The notes beneath the pieces were generated by a model. It ran no database searches, was not told where the DNA came from, and saw only the letters and a list, made by a program, of their open reading frames with translations. Shown in pieces: positions 1 to 9,577 of a stretch of DNA of 64,000 nucleotides; the first letter of the stretch is position 1, and each line of letters begins with the position of its first letter. A program made the position numbers and the translations under genes. This stretch comes from an uncultured Candidatus Binatia bacterium (GTDB lineage Bacteria; Desulfobacterota; Binatia; UBA9968; JAJDTQ01), in contig OZ251459.1 in the NCBI GenBank assembly GCA_965242525.1, positions 896,001-960,000 of the forward strand, read 5' to 3'.

Positions 1-592
1 TACCGCCTTCAAACGCTGGTCGTCCCGCGTCTTCCATTACCTCATGGCGCGCATCTCCGACATCGCCATTCCCGTCAACGCCTGCGACTTCCGGCTCATG
101 GACCGCAGGGTAGTGGACGTCTTGCTTGCCATGCCGGAGCACGACCGCTTCATGCGGGGTATGGTGGCCTGGGTCGGCTTCCGCCAGGAGCCGGTTCCCT
201 TCCGGAACCAGGCTCGTCTCGCGGGCAAGACCGGGTGGCCATTGAGGAAGATGCTGAGCCTGGCCGTGGACGGCATCGTGTCGTTTTCCTTCATGCCCCT
301 GCGCCTGGCGACCTGGGTCGGCTTCGTCATCTCCGGGCTGGCCCTGTCGGGTATCGTCTATGCCGTATTCGTCCGGCTCAGCACCAACGCCTGGGTCAGC
401 GGCGTGGCCTCGGTCTTCATCGCCGTCCTGTTCCTCGGCGGCGTGCAGCTCATGCTCATGGGCGTGCTCGGGGAGTACCTGGGGCGCATCTATGGCGAAG
501 TGAAGCGCCGCCCGCTCTATCTGGTGAAGGAAAAGCTGGGGTTCCCGGCCGCGGGCGAGCCGGGATCCAGGGAGGTGCGCGATGGCGCTTGA
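1..592 (+). CDS. Glycosyltransferase family 2 (GtrB/polyprenol-phosphate glycosyltransferase-like), 5' truncated by window
   Basis: DFRLMDRRVVD..RFMRGMVAWVGF motif, two C-terminal TM helices and GEYLGRIYGEVKRRPLY tail; frame is open to the window start. Confidence 0.9.
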   Translation, partial: TAFKRWSSRVFHYLMARISDIAIPVNACDFRLMDRRVVDVLLAMPEHDRFMRGMVAWVGFRQEPVPFRNQARLAGKTGWPLRKMLSLAVDGIVSFSFMPLRLATWVGFVISGLALSGIVYAVFVRLSTNAWVSGVASVFIAVLFLGGVQLMLMGVLGEYLGRIYGEVKRRPLYLVKEKLGFPAAGEPGSREVRDGA

Positions 593-1148
593 CCTGGCCG
601 CAGGAAGCGGCGCGTTCGACCGTTACATCGAGGAGATACGGTCGCTTTGGAGTGGCGGCCGCGATGCGGCGTTGCCCTTCCGGGTGAAGTCGGCCATGGA
701 GAGGATGCTCGCGTCCACGAGTCCCGGCGACCCCTGGATGGCGCGCCTCATCCGCGACGCGAGCCCGTCCAGGGAGCTCTACCGGGATCCGGACTACGGC
801 TTCATCCAGATGGGGCACGTGCATCCCCGGGGGCACGGCAACCCGCCCCATGACCACGGGCCCTGCTGGGTGGTGTACGGCGCCTACCGGGGACTGACCG
901 AGATCACCCTCTACGAGCGGACCGACGACGGCGGGAGCGCCGACCGGGCGGGGTTGCGCGCCGCCGAGGTCCATCGACTCGGACCCGGCGTCGTGTATCC
1001 CTACCTGGCGGGCCAGATCCATTCCACCCATGCCACGGAGACGCCCGCGGTGGTGTTCCGGTTCCTGAGCGCGGACCTCGACCGGATCCGGCGGCGCCGC
1101 TACGACGCGGAGACCGGCGCGGTAACGCTCGTCGAACCCCGGGCGTGA
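582..1148 (+). CDS. Cupin / cysteine-dioxygenase-like metal-binding protein
   Basis: PPHDHGPCWVVYG and GQIHST His motifs. Confidence 0.75.
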   Translation: MALDLAAGSGAFDRYIEEIRSLWSGGRDAALPFRVKSAMERMLASTSPGDPWMARLIRDASPSRELYRDPDYGFIQMGHVHPRGHGNPPHDHGPCWVVYGAYRGLTEITLYERTDDGGSADRAGLRAAEVHRLGPGVVYPYLAGQIHSTHATETPAVVFRFLSADLDRIRRRRYDAETGAVTLVEPRA

Positions 1149-1203
1149 AGGCGCTCGCATCCGCAAGGCGCGCGCCCGACCCCCGCCAGGCAAGGACCGT
1201 CCG

Positions 1204-2538
1204 GTGGCGGAGATGTACCCCAGCGCTCCGGAGAGCCTGAAGATCGAGACCGCGCCGCGGGAAGCCCTCCGGCGGATGCAGGGAGAGCGCTTGGCGGCGC
1301 TGGTCCGGCGCTGCTGGGATCGCGTCCCGTTCTACCGCGACCGCTGGAAGGCGGCCGGGCTGGAGCCCGGGGACATCCGCACGGCCGACGACGTGCGCAA
1401 GCTTCCGGTGGTCCGCAAGGGCGACTTCGAGGACAGCCTGCGGCGCCATCCTCCCTTTGGCGACTACCAGGGCGACTTCGCCGCGGTGCGAGTCCAGGCC
1501 AGCTCGGGCACGTCGGGCAACCCCAAGCCCTTCTTCTTCACGCGGAACGACTGGGAGGTCATCGCCCGGCTGTGGGGCCGGCGCTTCCACGCGCAGGGGG
1601 TCGGGGAAGGGGACATCCTCCAGGTGCTGTTCGCCTACACCCTCTTCATCGTCGGGTTCACCGCCTCCGAGGGGGCCATGCGGCTCGGGGCGCTGGTGGT
1701 GCCCACGGGCAGCGGCAGCGTCACCCCCAGCGAGAGGCAGGTGAAGATCGCCCGGGACTGGGGCGCCACCGTGCTCGCCGGGACCCCCTCCTACGTGCTC
1801 CACTTGGCGGACGTGGCCGAGGGGCAGGGGTTCGACCCGAGGAAGGACTTCCGCCTGCGGCGCACCATCCACACCTCCGAGACCATGACCGAGGCCGCCC
1901 GGCGCGCCATCGAGAGCCGCTGGGGCGTGACCGCGTACGACAACTTCGGCAGCGTGGAGACCGGCGCCCCCTCGTTCGAGTGCGAGGAGCGGAACGGATA
2001 CCACGTGAACGAGGACGCCTACATCTTCGAGGTGCTGGACCCGGCCACCCATGAGCCCGCGCCGCGGGGGAGCGATGGCGTGCTGGTGGTGACCTGCCTC
2101 TTCAAGGAGGCGGCGCCGGTGGTCCGGTACAACATCGAGGACGTGTGCGCGTTCCTGGACGACCCCTGCCCGTGCGGGCGGACGTTCCGGCGCATCTCCG
2201 GGCTCAGGGGCCGCCTGAGCGACATGGTGAAGGTCAGCGGCATCCCGTTCTACCCGACCTCGGTGGAGACCGCGCTGGAGCGCCTGCCGCAACTCACCCG
2301 GGAGTACAGGGTCACGGTGGACCGGGCGGGACGGCAGGACCGGTTGACGGTGGAGGTGGAGATGCGGCCCGGCTGCGGCCCGGCCGCGGAGGTCCGGCAA
2401 CGGTTGGAAAGGGAACTGAAAGTTGCTACCAATCTGACCATGGACGCGGTGCTCCTGGCGCCGGGCGAGTTGGCCGGGTCCCTGGGCGTCGAGAACCGCA
2501 TCAAGGTGAAACGCATCCGGGACAGGCGGGAGTCCTGA
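1204..2538 (+). CDS. Phenylacetate-CoA ligase (PaaK) family adenylate-forming enzyme
   Basis: SSGTSGNPK P-loop, GTPSY, DNFGSVE, RYNIED, CPCGRT, GRLSDMVKVSG. Confidence 0.9.
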   Translation: MAEMYPSAPESLKIETAPREALRRMQGERLAALVRRCWDRVPFYRDRWKAAGLEPGDIRTADDVRKLPVVRKGDFEDSLRRHPPFGDYQGDFAAVRVQASSGTSGNPKPFFFTRNDWEVIARLWGRRFHAQGVGEGDILQVLFAYTLFIVGFTASEGAMRLGALVVPTGSGSVTPSERQVKIARDWGATVLAGTPSYVLHLADVAEGQGFDPRKDFRLRRTIHTSETMTEAARRAIESRWGVTAYDNFGSVETGAPSFECEERNGYHVNEDAYIFEVLDPATHEPAPRGSDGVLVVTCLFKEAAPVVRYNIEDVCAFLDDPCPCGRTFRRISGLRGRLSDMVKVSGIPFYPTSVETALERLPQLTREYRVTVDRAGRQDRLTVEVEMRPGCGPAAEVRQRLERELKVATNLTMDAVLLAPGELAGSLGVENRIKVKRIRDRRES

Positions 2539-2623
2539 GCGCCCGGCGGGGCTCGTGGCCGGAAACCGGCGCCGCCGCGTGCTCCAGGCCCGTCGGCGCT
2601 CCCCGAACCGCTCTTTCGACACC

Positions 2624-4057
2624 ATGACTTTCGACGACAACCGCAGCTTCATGGACGCGCTCCGACGGTCCGGCGACTTGGTGGAGGTGGAACGGGAGGT
2701 GAGCTGGGACCTGGAGCTCGGCGCCGTCAGCCGGTTGGCCTGCGAGAAGGACGGCCCCGCGGTGTGGTTCAAGCGCGTCTCGGACTACGTGGGCGAGGTC
2801 TCGGTGTTCGTCAACCCGGTGGCCACTTGGCGGCGCATCGCCATCGCCCTGGGGCTCGCCCCCACCGCCTCGGTGCGGGAGATCTACGAAGCCTACGAGA
2901 AGGGGGAGACCACCCCGGTGGAGCCGGTGGAGGTCCAACGGGCGCCGTGCAAGGAGGTGGTGCGCAAGGGCTCCGAGGCCAACCTGTTCGACCTGCCCAC
3001 GCCCATGCTCCACGAGGGCGACGGCGGCCGTTACCTGGGCACCTGGGACCTGGTGGTCTCCCGGGACGCGGACAGCGGGTGGGTCAACTGGGGCATGTAC
3101 CGGTTCATGGTCTATGACGCCCGCCACCTGACCGGCTTCCCGAGGCCCACGAGCCACCTGGGCAAGGTCTTCCAGGAGCACTACGTGGCCAAGGGAAAGC
3201 CCATGCCCCTGGCCATCGCCATCGGCGCGGACCCCCTGTCCCATTTCGCGGCCGCGGCCACCTACTTCCTGGGGGGCGACGAGGCGAGCCTCGCCGGCGG
3301 CCTGCGCGGCAGGCCGGTGGAGCTGGTCCGCTGCGAGACCAGCGACCTGCTCGTGCCGGCCCACTCCGAGATCGTCATCGAAGGAGAGTTGCTGCCCGAC
3401 CGGGTAGGGCTGGAAGGCCCCTACGGCGAGTACCCGGGGTACCGGACCGGGGAGATGGGGAACGGCGTGCTGTTCCGCGCCGCGGCCATCACCCACCGGC
3501 GGGACCCCGTGCTCACCGTGGACGCCACCGGCTACAAGGACGACAGCTCCACGGTCACGGCGCTTTCCGGCGCCTTGGCCATCAAGCGGCGGCTGGAGCG
3601 CCACGGAGTGCCGGTGCGGGACGTGTACGTCCCGCCCGAGGGCGCCGTGCACCTGGCGGTCATCGGGGTGGACTACGGCGGCAAGGAGGTGGCGGACAAG
3701 GTGCTCTCGGTGCTCACCTCGCGCCGGGCGCTGCTCTCGAAGCTCTTCCTGGTGGACACGGACACGGACGTGTTCGACATGGGCAAGGTCCTGCACGCCT
3801 TCTCCACCAAGTGCCACCCGGCCAACGGCATCCACGTGGTCCGTTACGAAGGGCGCGCCAATACCTTGACGCCCTGCTACAGCCAGGCGGAGCGGGCGGC
3901 GCAGAAGGGGGCCACGGTGCTGTACGACTGCACCTGGCCAGGCGAATGGTCGCGGGAGTGGGAGGTGCCGGTGAAGGCGACCCTGGATTCCATCTTCTCG
4001 AAGGAAGTGCGGGAGAAGGTGCTCGGGAACTGGAGCGACTATGGCTTCGAGCGGTGA
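2624..4057 (+). CDS. UbiD-family (de)carboxylase, phenylphosphate carboxylase alpha/beta-like
   Basis: HEGDGGRYLGTW, VNWGMYR, EIVIEG, EGPYGEYPGY; N-terminus DNRSFMDAL..SGD..EVSWDLE resembles PpcA; start placed at ATG 2624. Confidence 0.9.
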   Translation: MTFDDNRSFMDALRRSGDLVEVEREVSWDLELGAVSRLACEKDGPAVWFKRVSDYVGEVSVFVNPVATWRRIAIALGLAPTASVREIYEAYEKGETTPVEPVEVQRAPCKEVVRKGSEANLFDLPTPMLHEGDGGRYLGTWDLVVSRDADSGWVNWGMYRFMVYDARHLTGFPRPTSHLGKVFQEHYVAKGKPMPLAIAIGADPLSHFAAAATYFLGGDEASLAGGLRGRPVELVRCETSDLLVPAHSEIVIEGELLPDRVGLEGPYGEYPGYRTGEMGNGVLFRAAAITHRRDPVLTVDATGYKDDSSTVTALSGALAIKRRLERHGVPVRDVYVPPEGAVHLAVIGVDYGGKEVADKVLSVLTSRRALLSKLFLVDTDTDVFDMGKVLHAFSTKCHPANGIHVVRYEGRANTLTPCYSQAERAAQKGATVLYDCTWPGEWSREWEVPVKATLDSIFSKEVREKVLGNWSDYGFER

Positions 4058-4352
4058 GCCCCGGGCATGGGACACTTTCGTGCGCCGGCCCGGGGACCTC
4101 AGGACCGGGGTCGAGGCGCCGCTGGTGCTGAGGGACCTGGGGCCGGGCCGCGGCAAGTACGGACTGAGGCACGTGGTGGGCGTGGTCCACCCGGGCCGCG
4201 GCCCGGGCGACCGCCTCTCGGTCCGCACCGTGGTGGGGGTGGCCCTGCCCGAGGCCTATACGGTGGAGATCGTCCGGGAACTGCCCCAGGAGATCGCCGG
4301 CGCGCCCTACCGGGACTTCTACGGCGCGCTGCAGCGGGCCGCGGGACCGTAG
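4041..4352 (+). CDS. Phenylphosphate carboxylase gamma-subunit-like small protein
   Basis: WDTFV...LVLRDLGPGRGKY...DRLSVR...YTVEIV pattern resembles PpcC from memory; overlaps the UbiD stop. Confidence 0.65.
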   Translation: MASSGEPRAWDTFVRRPGDLRTGVEAPLVLRDLGPGRGKYGLRHVVGVVHPGRGPGDRLSVRTVVGVALPEAYTVEIVRELPQEIAGAPYRDFYGALQRAAGP

Positions 4353-4368
4353 GCGGCCGGGAGGTTCC

Positions 4369-5070
4369 ATGGGCTTCGGCGAGGAGTTGATCGCGGTTCG
4401 GGACGCCAGGCACAGCCGGGACCACCCGTTCTTCGAGAAGTGGGCGCGGGGGGAGCTCACCCGGGAGCAGACGGCCATCTACTGCACCCAGCACTACCAC
4501 TACGTGAGCGACTACCTGGACTGGATGGCCTACGAGGCTTCCCAGGTGCCCCACCGGGACGCCAAGGCGTTCCTGTACGAGAACCTGGGCGACGAGGAGA
4601 ACCCCGACGACCGGCACCTGGACATGCTGAAGGACTACGTGGACGCCAGCGGCCTGCCCCGGGAGTGCGTGGACGACTACCCGGTGCTGCCGAGCACCGA
4701 GGGGCTCCAGAACTGGGGCTGGCGGGTGGTCTACCAGCGGCGTTGGCAGGCCGCGTTGGCGGCCATGTTCGTGGGGCTGGAGTCCCAGTTCCTGGGCATC
4801 TGCCAGAAGGTGGCGCCGGCCCTCCGGGAGCACTACGGCTACCCGGCCGGGGCCAGGGAGATCCGCTTCTTCGAGGAGCACATCGAGGCGGACGCGGTGC
4901 ACGGGTCCAGGGGACTCGCGCTGGTGGAGAAGTACTGCGACACCCCGGAGCTCCGGCAACAGGCCGTGGACTCGGTGCGCGAGGCCACGGTCCGGCGCTG
5001 GCGCTACATGAACGGCATCTACTGGTTCGCCCTCCACGGCCGGGACGACGACACCCCCGCGGACGCCTGA
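4369..5070 (+). CDS. TenA/PqqC/CADD-like heme-oxygenase-fold (putative diiron) protein
   Basis: HPFFEKW..GEL, ENLGDEE..H, GLESQ, FFEEHIEADAVHG ligand pattern. Confidence 0.85.
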   Translation: MGFGEELIAVRDARHSRDHPFFEKWARGELTREQTAIYCTQHYHYVSDYLDWMAYEASQVPHRDAKAFLYENLGDEENPDDRHLDMLKDYVDASGLPRECVDDYPVLPSTEGLQNWGWRVVYQRRWQAALAAMFVGLESQFLGICQKVAPALREHYGYPAGAREIRFFEEHIEADAVHGSRGLALVEKYCDTPELRQQAVDSVREATVRRWRYMNGIYWFALHGRDDDTPADA

Positions 5071-5100
5071 TCCCGCCTGGCGCCGCCCACGAGGTCCACA

Positions 5101-6180
5101 ATGGCCGACGATGACGTCCTGGTCCTGACCAACGAAGACATGGAGGGTCTCCTCCACATGGGGGAGATCGTCGAGGCGGTGGAGACGGCGTACCGGGAGC
5201 TGGGACGCAAGATCGCCGAGGGGATTCCCCGGCGGCGGCTGCACCTGCCGCTGGAGGGCCGGGAGCGCGCCTGGTACTGGCTGAACGTCATCCCGGGGGC
5301 GGTGCCGGCCTTCGACACCGCCGCGGTCCGGGTGGATTCCTCGCAGATCCGCTTCCGCAACCGGGACGGCGGGAGCCGCATGGAGTTCCCCGGGGACTTC
5401 GCCGGCTTCGTGCTGCTGTTCAGCATCCGGGACCGCGTCCTCAAGGGCATCGTCCACGACCATTACCTGTCGGCGTTGCGGGTGGGGGCCACCAGCGGGG
5501 CGGCGGCCAAGTACCTGGCCCGTGAGGACGCCTCGGTGCTGGGCGTCTTCGGCAGCGGAACCCAGGCCCACGGGCAGGTGGCCGCCCTGTGCGCGGTCCG
5601 CAAGATCCGGGAGGTCAAGGTCTTTTCCCTGCGCCCGGAGAACCGCCAGCGCTTCGCCGGGGAAGCGGCCCGGCGCTACGGCGTGAAGGCCAGGGCGGTG
5701 CGGCATCCGCGGGAGGTGGTGGAGGGATCGGACATCGTGGTCACCGCCACCAACTCCGGCGACCCGGTGTTCGACGGCGACTGGCTGGAGCCCGGCACCC
5801 ACCTCATCTCCATGATCGGCCCCGACCGATTCGACAAGCGCAGGGAGCTGGACGACACGGCCATCGAAAACTGCGACCTCATCGTGGTGAACTCGAAGGA
5901 GCAGGTGGAGATCGACGAGCAACCGGAACTCATCTCGCCGCTGCGCAAGGGCATCATCGGTTGGGAACACCTCCACGAGCTCGGCGACCTGGTCAACGGC
6001 GTCATTGCCGGACGCACCACCGGCTCGGAGATCACCCATCACAACAACAACTGCGGCATGGGGGTCCAGTTCGCCGCCATCGGCCACTTGGTGCTGGAGG
6101 AGGCCCGGAAGCGGAAGCTCGGGACCCGGCTGCCCGCGGACCTGTTCATGACCCGGCGCACCGACGTGTCGTCCCCCTGA
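5101..6180 (+). CDS. Ornithine cyclodeaminase / mu-crystallin family protein
   Basis: ALRVGATSGAAAKYLA, GVFGSGTQA Rossmann motif, DIVVTAT, G.GVQFAA. Confidence 0.9.
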   Translation: MADDDVLVLTNEDMEGLLHMGEIVEAVETAYRELGRKIAEGIPRRRLHLPLEGRERAWYWLNVIPGAVPAFDTAAVRVDSSQIRFRNRDGGSRMEFPGDFAGFVLLFSIRDRVLKGIVHDHYLSALRVGATSGAAAKYLAREDASVLGVFGSGTQAHGQVAALCAVRKIREVKVFSLRPENRQRFAGEAARRYGVKARAVRHPREVVEGSDIVVTATNSGDPVFDGDWLEPGTHLISMIGPDRFDKRRELDDTAIENCDLIVVNSKEQVEIDEQPELISPLRKGIIGWEHLHELGDLVNGVIAGRTTGSEITHHNNNCGMGVQFAAIGHLVLEEARKRKLGTRLPADLFMTRRTDVSSP

Positions 6181-6198
6181 AAGGAGTCAGGAGTTCCC

Positions 6199-6825
6199 AT
6201 GGCCATCACCCTGAGCGTGGACCCGCAACACCTGAAGGGGAGGCACGTGGACCGGGCGGTGGAGGTGCTGCAGCGGGCGGGCGTCATCGTCTATCCCACG
6301 GACACCATCTACGGCCTGGGCTGCGACGCGACCAGCAAGGCCGCGGTGGAGCGCATCCGCCGCATCAAGGGCCGCGACGCGGACAAGCCCATGTCGTTCG
6401 TGTGCTCGGACCTGGTCCAGGTCAGCCGCTACGGCCACGTGTCGAACTTCGTGCACCGCATCCTGAAACGCTTCCTGCCGGGACCCTACACCTTCGTGCT
6501 GACGGCCACCCGGGAAACCCCCCGGGTGCTCCAGTCGAAGCAGAAGACCGTGGGCGTGCGGATACCGGACCACCCGGTGCCCCTCGCCCTGGTGGAGCGG
6601 CTCGGCAACCCGGTGGTGAGCACCAGCGCCAACGAGAGCAACGAGGAGGTGGTCACCAACCCCGCGGACCTGGAACGCATCTTCGGGCATCGGGTGGACC
6701 TGATCATGGAATGCGGGACCCTTCCGGTGCAGGCCTCCAGCGTGGTCTCGCTGGTGGACGACACCGTCGAGATCCTGCGCGAAGGGCAGGGGGACCTGAG
6801 CTACTTCAAGAGCCGGACGGCGTGA
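6199..6825 (+). CDS. Sua5/YciO/YrdC family protein (threonylcarbamoyl-AMP synthase-like)
   Basis: YPTDTIYGLGC, IKGR..DKP, LPGPYTF, VGVRIP, STSAN. Confidence 0.92.
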   Translation: MAITLSVDPQHLKGRHVDRAVEVLQRAGVIVYPTDTIYGLGCDATSKAAVERIRRIKGRDADKPMSFVCSDLVQVSRYGHVSNFVHRILKRFLPGPYTFVLTATRETPRVLQSKQKTVGVRIPDHPVPLALVERLGNPVVSTSANESNEEVVTNPADLERIFGHRVDLIMECGTLPVQASSVVSLVDDTVEILREGQGDLSYFKSRTA

Positions 6826-6888
6826 AGCGCCCCGCGCGTGCATGCCGCGGCGGTCGAGTGAGCGGGTAATCCGGGGTGAAAGACGGGC

Positions 6889-8193
6889 ATGACCTCTTCC
6901 CCTCAGGGTGGCCGGCGCCGCCGTGCGTTGCGCCTCATCGGCCGGAACCCGCTTCTGTTGGTGGCGGGCGTCGCGCTGGCGGCGTTGGCCGGAGAGGCAT
7001 ACTTGCGGCTGACCGTGCCGTTCATGATATCGCGGGTCCCCAATGAATTCGTTCCGAACGTAGGCTATGTCAGGACCCCGAACACGGAGATACGCTTTAC
7101 CAACCGGCTCGACTTCTGGAACGTCTCCCGCACCAACAGCTTGGGCTTCCTCGACCGGGAACCCCCGAGCCCCGAACGCGCCGCAGCAACCTGTCACGTC
7201 TCGATCATCGGCGACTCCTTCGTGGAGGCGTTGCAAATCCCCATCGACGACAAGTCCCATGTCCGGCTCGAAGGGCTCGCCGCCGACCGGTTGCCCCACC
7301 TGGACATCACGACTTCGGCCTTTGGGTTGAGTGGTATCGGCCAAGTCCAGCAACTGCCGTTCTACGACGAATATGCCCGGCGGCTCCATCCCAAACTGCT
7401 CGTGCTGGTCTTCGTTGCCAATGACCTCCCTGACAACACGCCGGTCATCGGGGGGTTGGGAAGATCGGGCCGGAAAAAGAAGCTCACGGTGAGAAGGCGC
7501 TCGGACGGGGCATTGGAGTTGGCATGGGTCCTTCCCCGGGAAGGGAGTCCCCGGACCCCGGCGTCGTGGGCTGCCCGCGCCATGGAGAAGGCGGTGGAGC
7601 GTTCGTGGCTTGCCCTCTGGTTGCGCGCCAAGAAGAATGCCCTGTTTCCTCGACCGGACCACCGGGATCGCCGGTTCGTCGAGAACGTGGAGGCTCTGAG
7701 ACGGCAGCCCGGCCATGCCGCGCTGCTCGAAGGATGGCGGCCCACCACTCGGCGCGACATGGTTCGAGTCTTCGCTCGAAGGGACCTGCCTCCCTTTTTC
7801 GAGGACGCCCTGGGATACACCCGTTTCGCGCTGGAACAGTTCCGGCAGCGTGCCGACCGCGACGGCGCCAAGCTGGTCATCCTGGCGTCACACACGTTGA
7901 AGACCCGCGGAGCCCCCATGTTCGAGCGATTGAGCGAAATTGCCGCCGCCCTGGGCATTCCCGTCATCGACCAGGCCGACTACATCCTGCGCCAGGGCGC
8001 CGAGCTCGCGGACGCCCAATGGCCCCACGACGGCCACTGGAACCCGGCCGGCCACCAATGGGCCGCAGAGGCCCTGCTCGAATATATCGAGCAACGTCCT
8101 GAAGTCTGCAACGGGCCCACCGGCGCCGGCGCCCTGCACGTACTGCCGCGGTGGTCGAGTGAGCGGATAATCCGGGGTGAAAGACGGATATGA
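6889..8193 (+). CDS. Membrane-anchored SGNH/GDSL hydrolase (AlgX/AlgJ-like), copy 1
   Basis: N-terminal TM, NSLGF, IIGDSFVE, ND block, DGHWN catalytic motif. Confidence 0.8.
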   Translation: MTSSPQGGRRRRALRLIGRNPLLLVAGVALAALAGEAYLRLTVPFMISRVPNEFVPNVGYVRTPNTEIRFTNRLDFWNVSRTNSLGFLDREPPSPERAAATCHVSIIGDSFVEALQIPIDDKSHVRLEGLAADRLPHLDITTSAFGLSGIGQVQQLPFYDEYARRLHPKLLVLVFVANDLPDNTPVIGGLGRSGRKKKLTVRRRSDGALELAWVLPREGSPRTPASWAARAMEKAVERSWLALWLRAKKNALFPRPDHRDRRFVENVEALRRQPGHAALLEGWRPTTRRDMVRVFARRDLPPFFEDALGYTRFALEQFRQRADRDGAKLVILASHTLKTRGAPMFERLSEIAAALGIPVIDQADYILRQGAELADAQWPHDGHWNPAGHQWAAEALLEYIEQRPEVCNGPTGAGALHVLPRWSSERIIRGERRI

Positions 8194-9401
8194 TTGCTGC
8201 CCCCCACAGTAGTGCGGCCCGGCGGACCCCTCGTGTGCTGCGCCTGCTCGGCCGGAGCGCGTTTCTGCTGGTCGCGGGCGTCGCGCTGGCGGCGTTGGCC
8301 GGAGAAGCCTGGTTCCGCCTGACCGCGCCGTTCATGGTATCGACACTCCCCGATGAATTCGTCCCGAACGTAGGCTATCTCAGGCCCCCGGACACGGAGA
8401 TACGCTATACCAACCGGCTCGACTTCTGGAACGTCTCCCGCACCAACAGCCTGGGCTTCCTCGACCGGGAACCCCCGAGCCCCGAACGCGCCGCGGCAAC
8501 CTGCCACGTCTCCGTCATCGGCGACTCCTTCGTGGAGGCGCGAGAGGTCCCCATCGACCACAAGCTCCACGTTCGCCTCGAAGAACTCGCCGCCGACCGG
8601 TTGCCCCGCCTGGACGTCACGACTTCGGCCTTCGGGATAGGAAATACCGGCCAAGTCCGCCAACTGCCGTTCTACGACGAATATGCCCGGCGCCTCCGTC
8701 CCAAACTGCTCGTGCTGGTCTTCGTGAACAATGATTTCATCAACAACGCGCCGCTGATCGTGGGGACGAGAAGGTCGGGCCGGAAAAAAAACCTCACGGT
8801 GAGAAGGCGCTCGGACGGGACACTGGAGTTGGCATGGTTCCTTCCCCGGGAATGGAGTCCCTGGCCCCCGGCGTCGTGGGCTGCCCGCGCCATGGAGAAG
8901 GCGGTGGAGCTTTCGTGGCTTGCCCTCTGGTTGCGCGCCAAGAGGAATGCCCTGTCTCCTCCTGACGAGGAACAGTGGCTCATCAGGATGATGGAGTCCC
9001 TGGCGCGACAGCCCGACTCCTTGCGGTTCTGGTCCGCCCCCGTTTTCGAGGACGGCCTGCAATACACCGCCTTCGCGCTGGAGCAGTTCAAGGAGCGCGC
9101 CGACCGTGACGGCGCCAACCTGGTCATCCTGACGACGCATACGCTGAAGACCCGCGGAGCCCCCATGTTCGAGCGATTGAGCGAAATGGCCGCCGCCCTG
9201 GGCATTCCCGTCATCGACCAGGCCGACTACATCCTCCGCCGGGGCGCCAGGCTCACGGACGCCCAATGGCCCCACGACGGCCACTGGAACCCCGCCGGCC
9301 ACCAATGGGCCGCAGAGGCCCTGCTCGAATATATCGAGCAACGCCCGGAAGTCTGCGACAGGCCCACCGGCGCCGGCGCCCTGCTCGAACCGGCCACTTG
9401 A
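8190..9401 (+). CDS. Membrane-anchored SGNH/GDSL hydrolase, copy 2 (tandem paralog)
   Basis: Same motifs; long near-identical DNA stretches with copy 1; ATGA overlap. Confidence 0.8.
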   Translation: MIAAPHSSAARRTPRVLRLLGRSAFLLVAGVALAALAGEAWFRLTAPFMVSTLPDEFVPNVGYLRPPDTEIRYTNRLDFWNVSRTNSLGFLDREPPSPERAAATCHVSVIGDSFVEAREVPIDHKLHVRLEELAADRLPRLDVTTSAFGIGNTGQVRQLPFYDEYARRLRPKLLVLVFVNNDFINNAPLIVGTRRSGRKKNLTVRRRSDGTLELAWFLPREWSPWPPASWAARAMEKAVELSWLALWLRAKRNALSPPDEEQWLIRMMESLARQPDSLRFWSAPVFEDGLQYTAFALEQFKERADRDGANLVILTTHTLKTRGAPMFERLSEMAAALGIPVIDQADYILRRGARLTDAQWPHDGHWNPAGHQWAAEALLEYIEQRPEVCDRPTGAGALLEPAT

Positions 9402-9490
9402 CGCCGAGCGGCACGAGCGGACGACCAAGCGGGGCCTTCGTCTCTGTATTGCCTATGTGACGGCCAAAGAACAGGTGAATCCTTCAGCCT

Positions 9491-9519
9491 TTGACCAGGC
9501 TTCGGCAAGAGGATATGGT
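9491..9519 (+). promoter_or_regulatory. Putative sigma70 promoter of the methyltransferase
   Basis: TTGACC-17 nt-TATGGT. Confidence 0.4.
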
Positions 9520-9577
9520 GTCTGAAACTGCCGTAACCCCACTGACCCTACAGCAAATCGTGAAGAGATGACCCGCC

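Noticed and set aside
904-6087. Long antisense or alternate-frame ORFs (e.g. 904-2772, 4099-6087, also 12939-15392 and 18771-21002)
   Set aside because: Shadow ORFs of high-GC genes: R/G/P-rich, no motifs, and they overlap well-supported genes.
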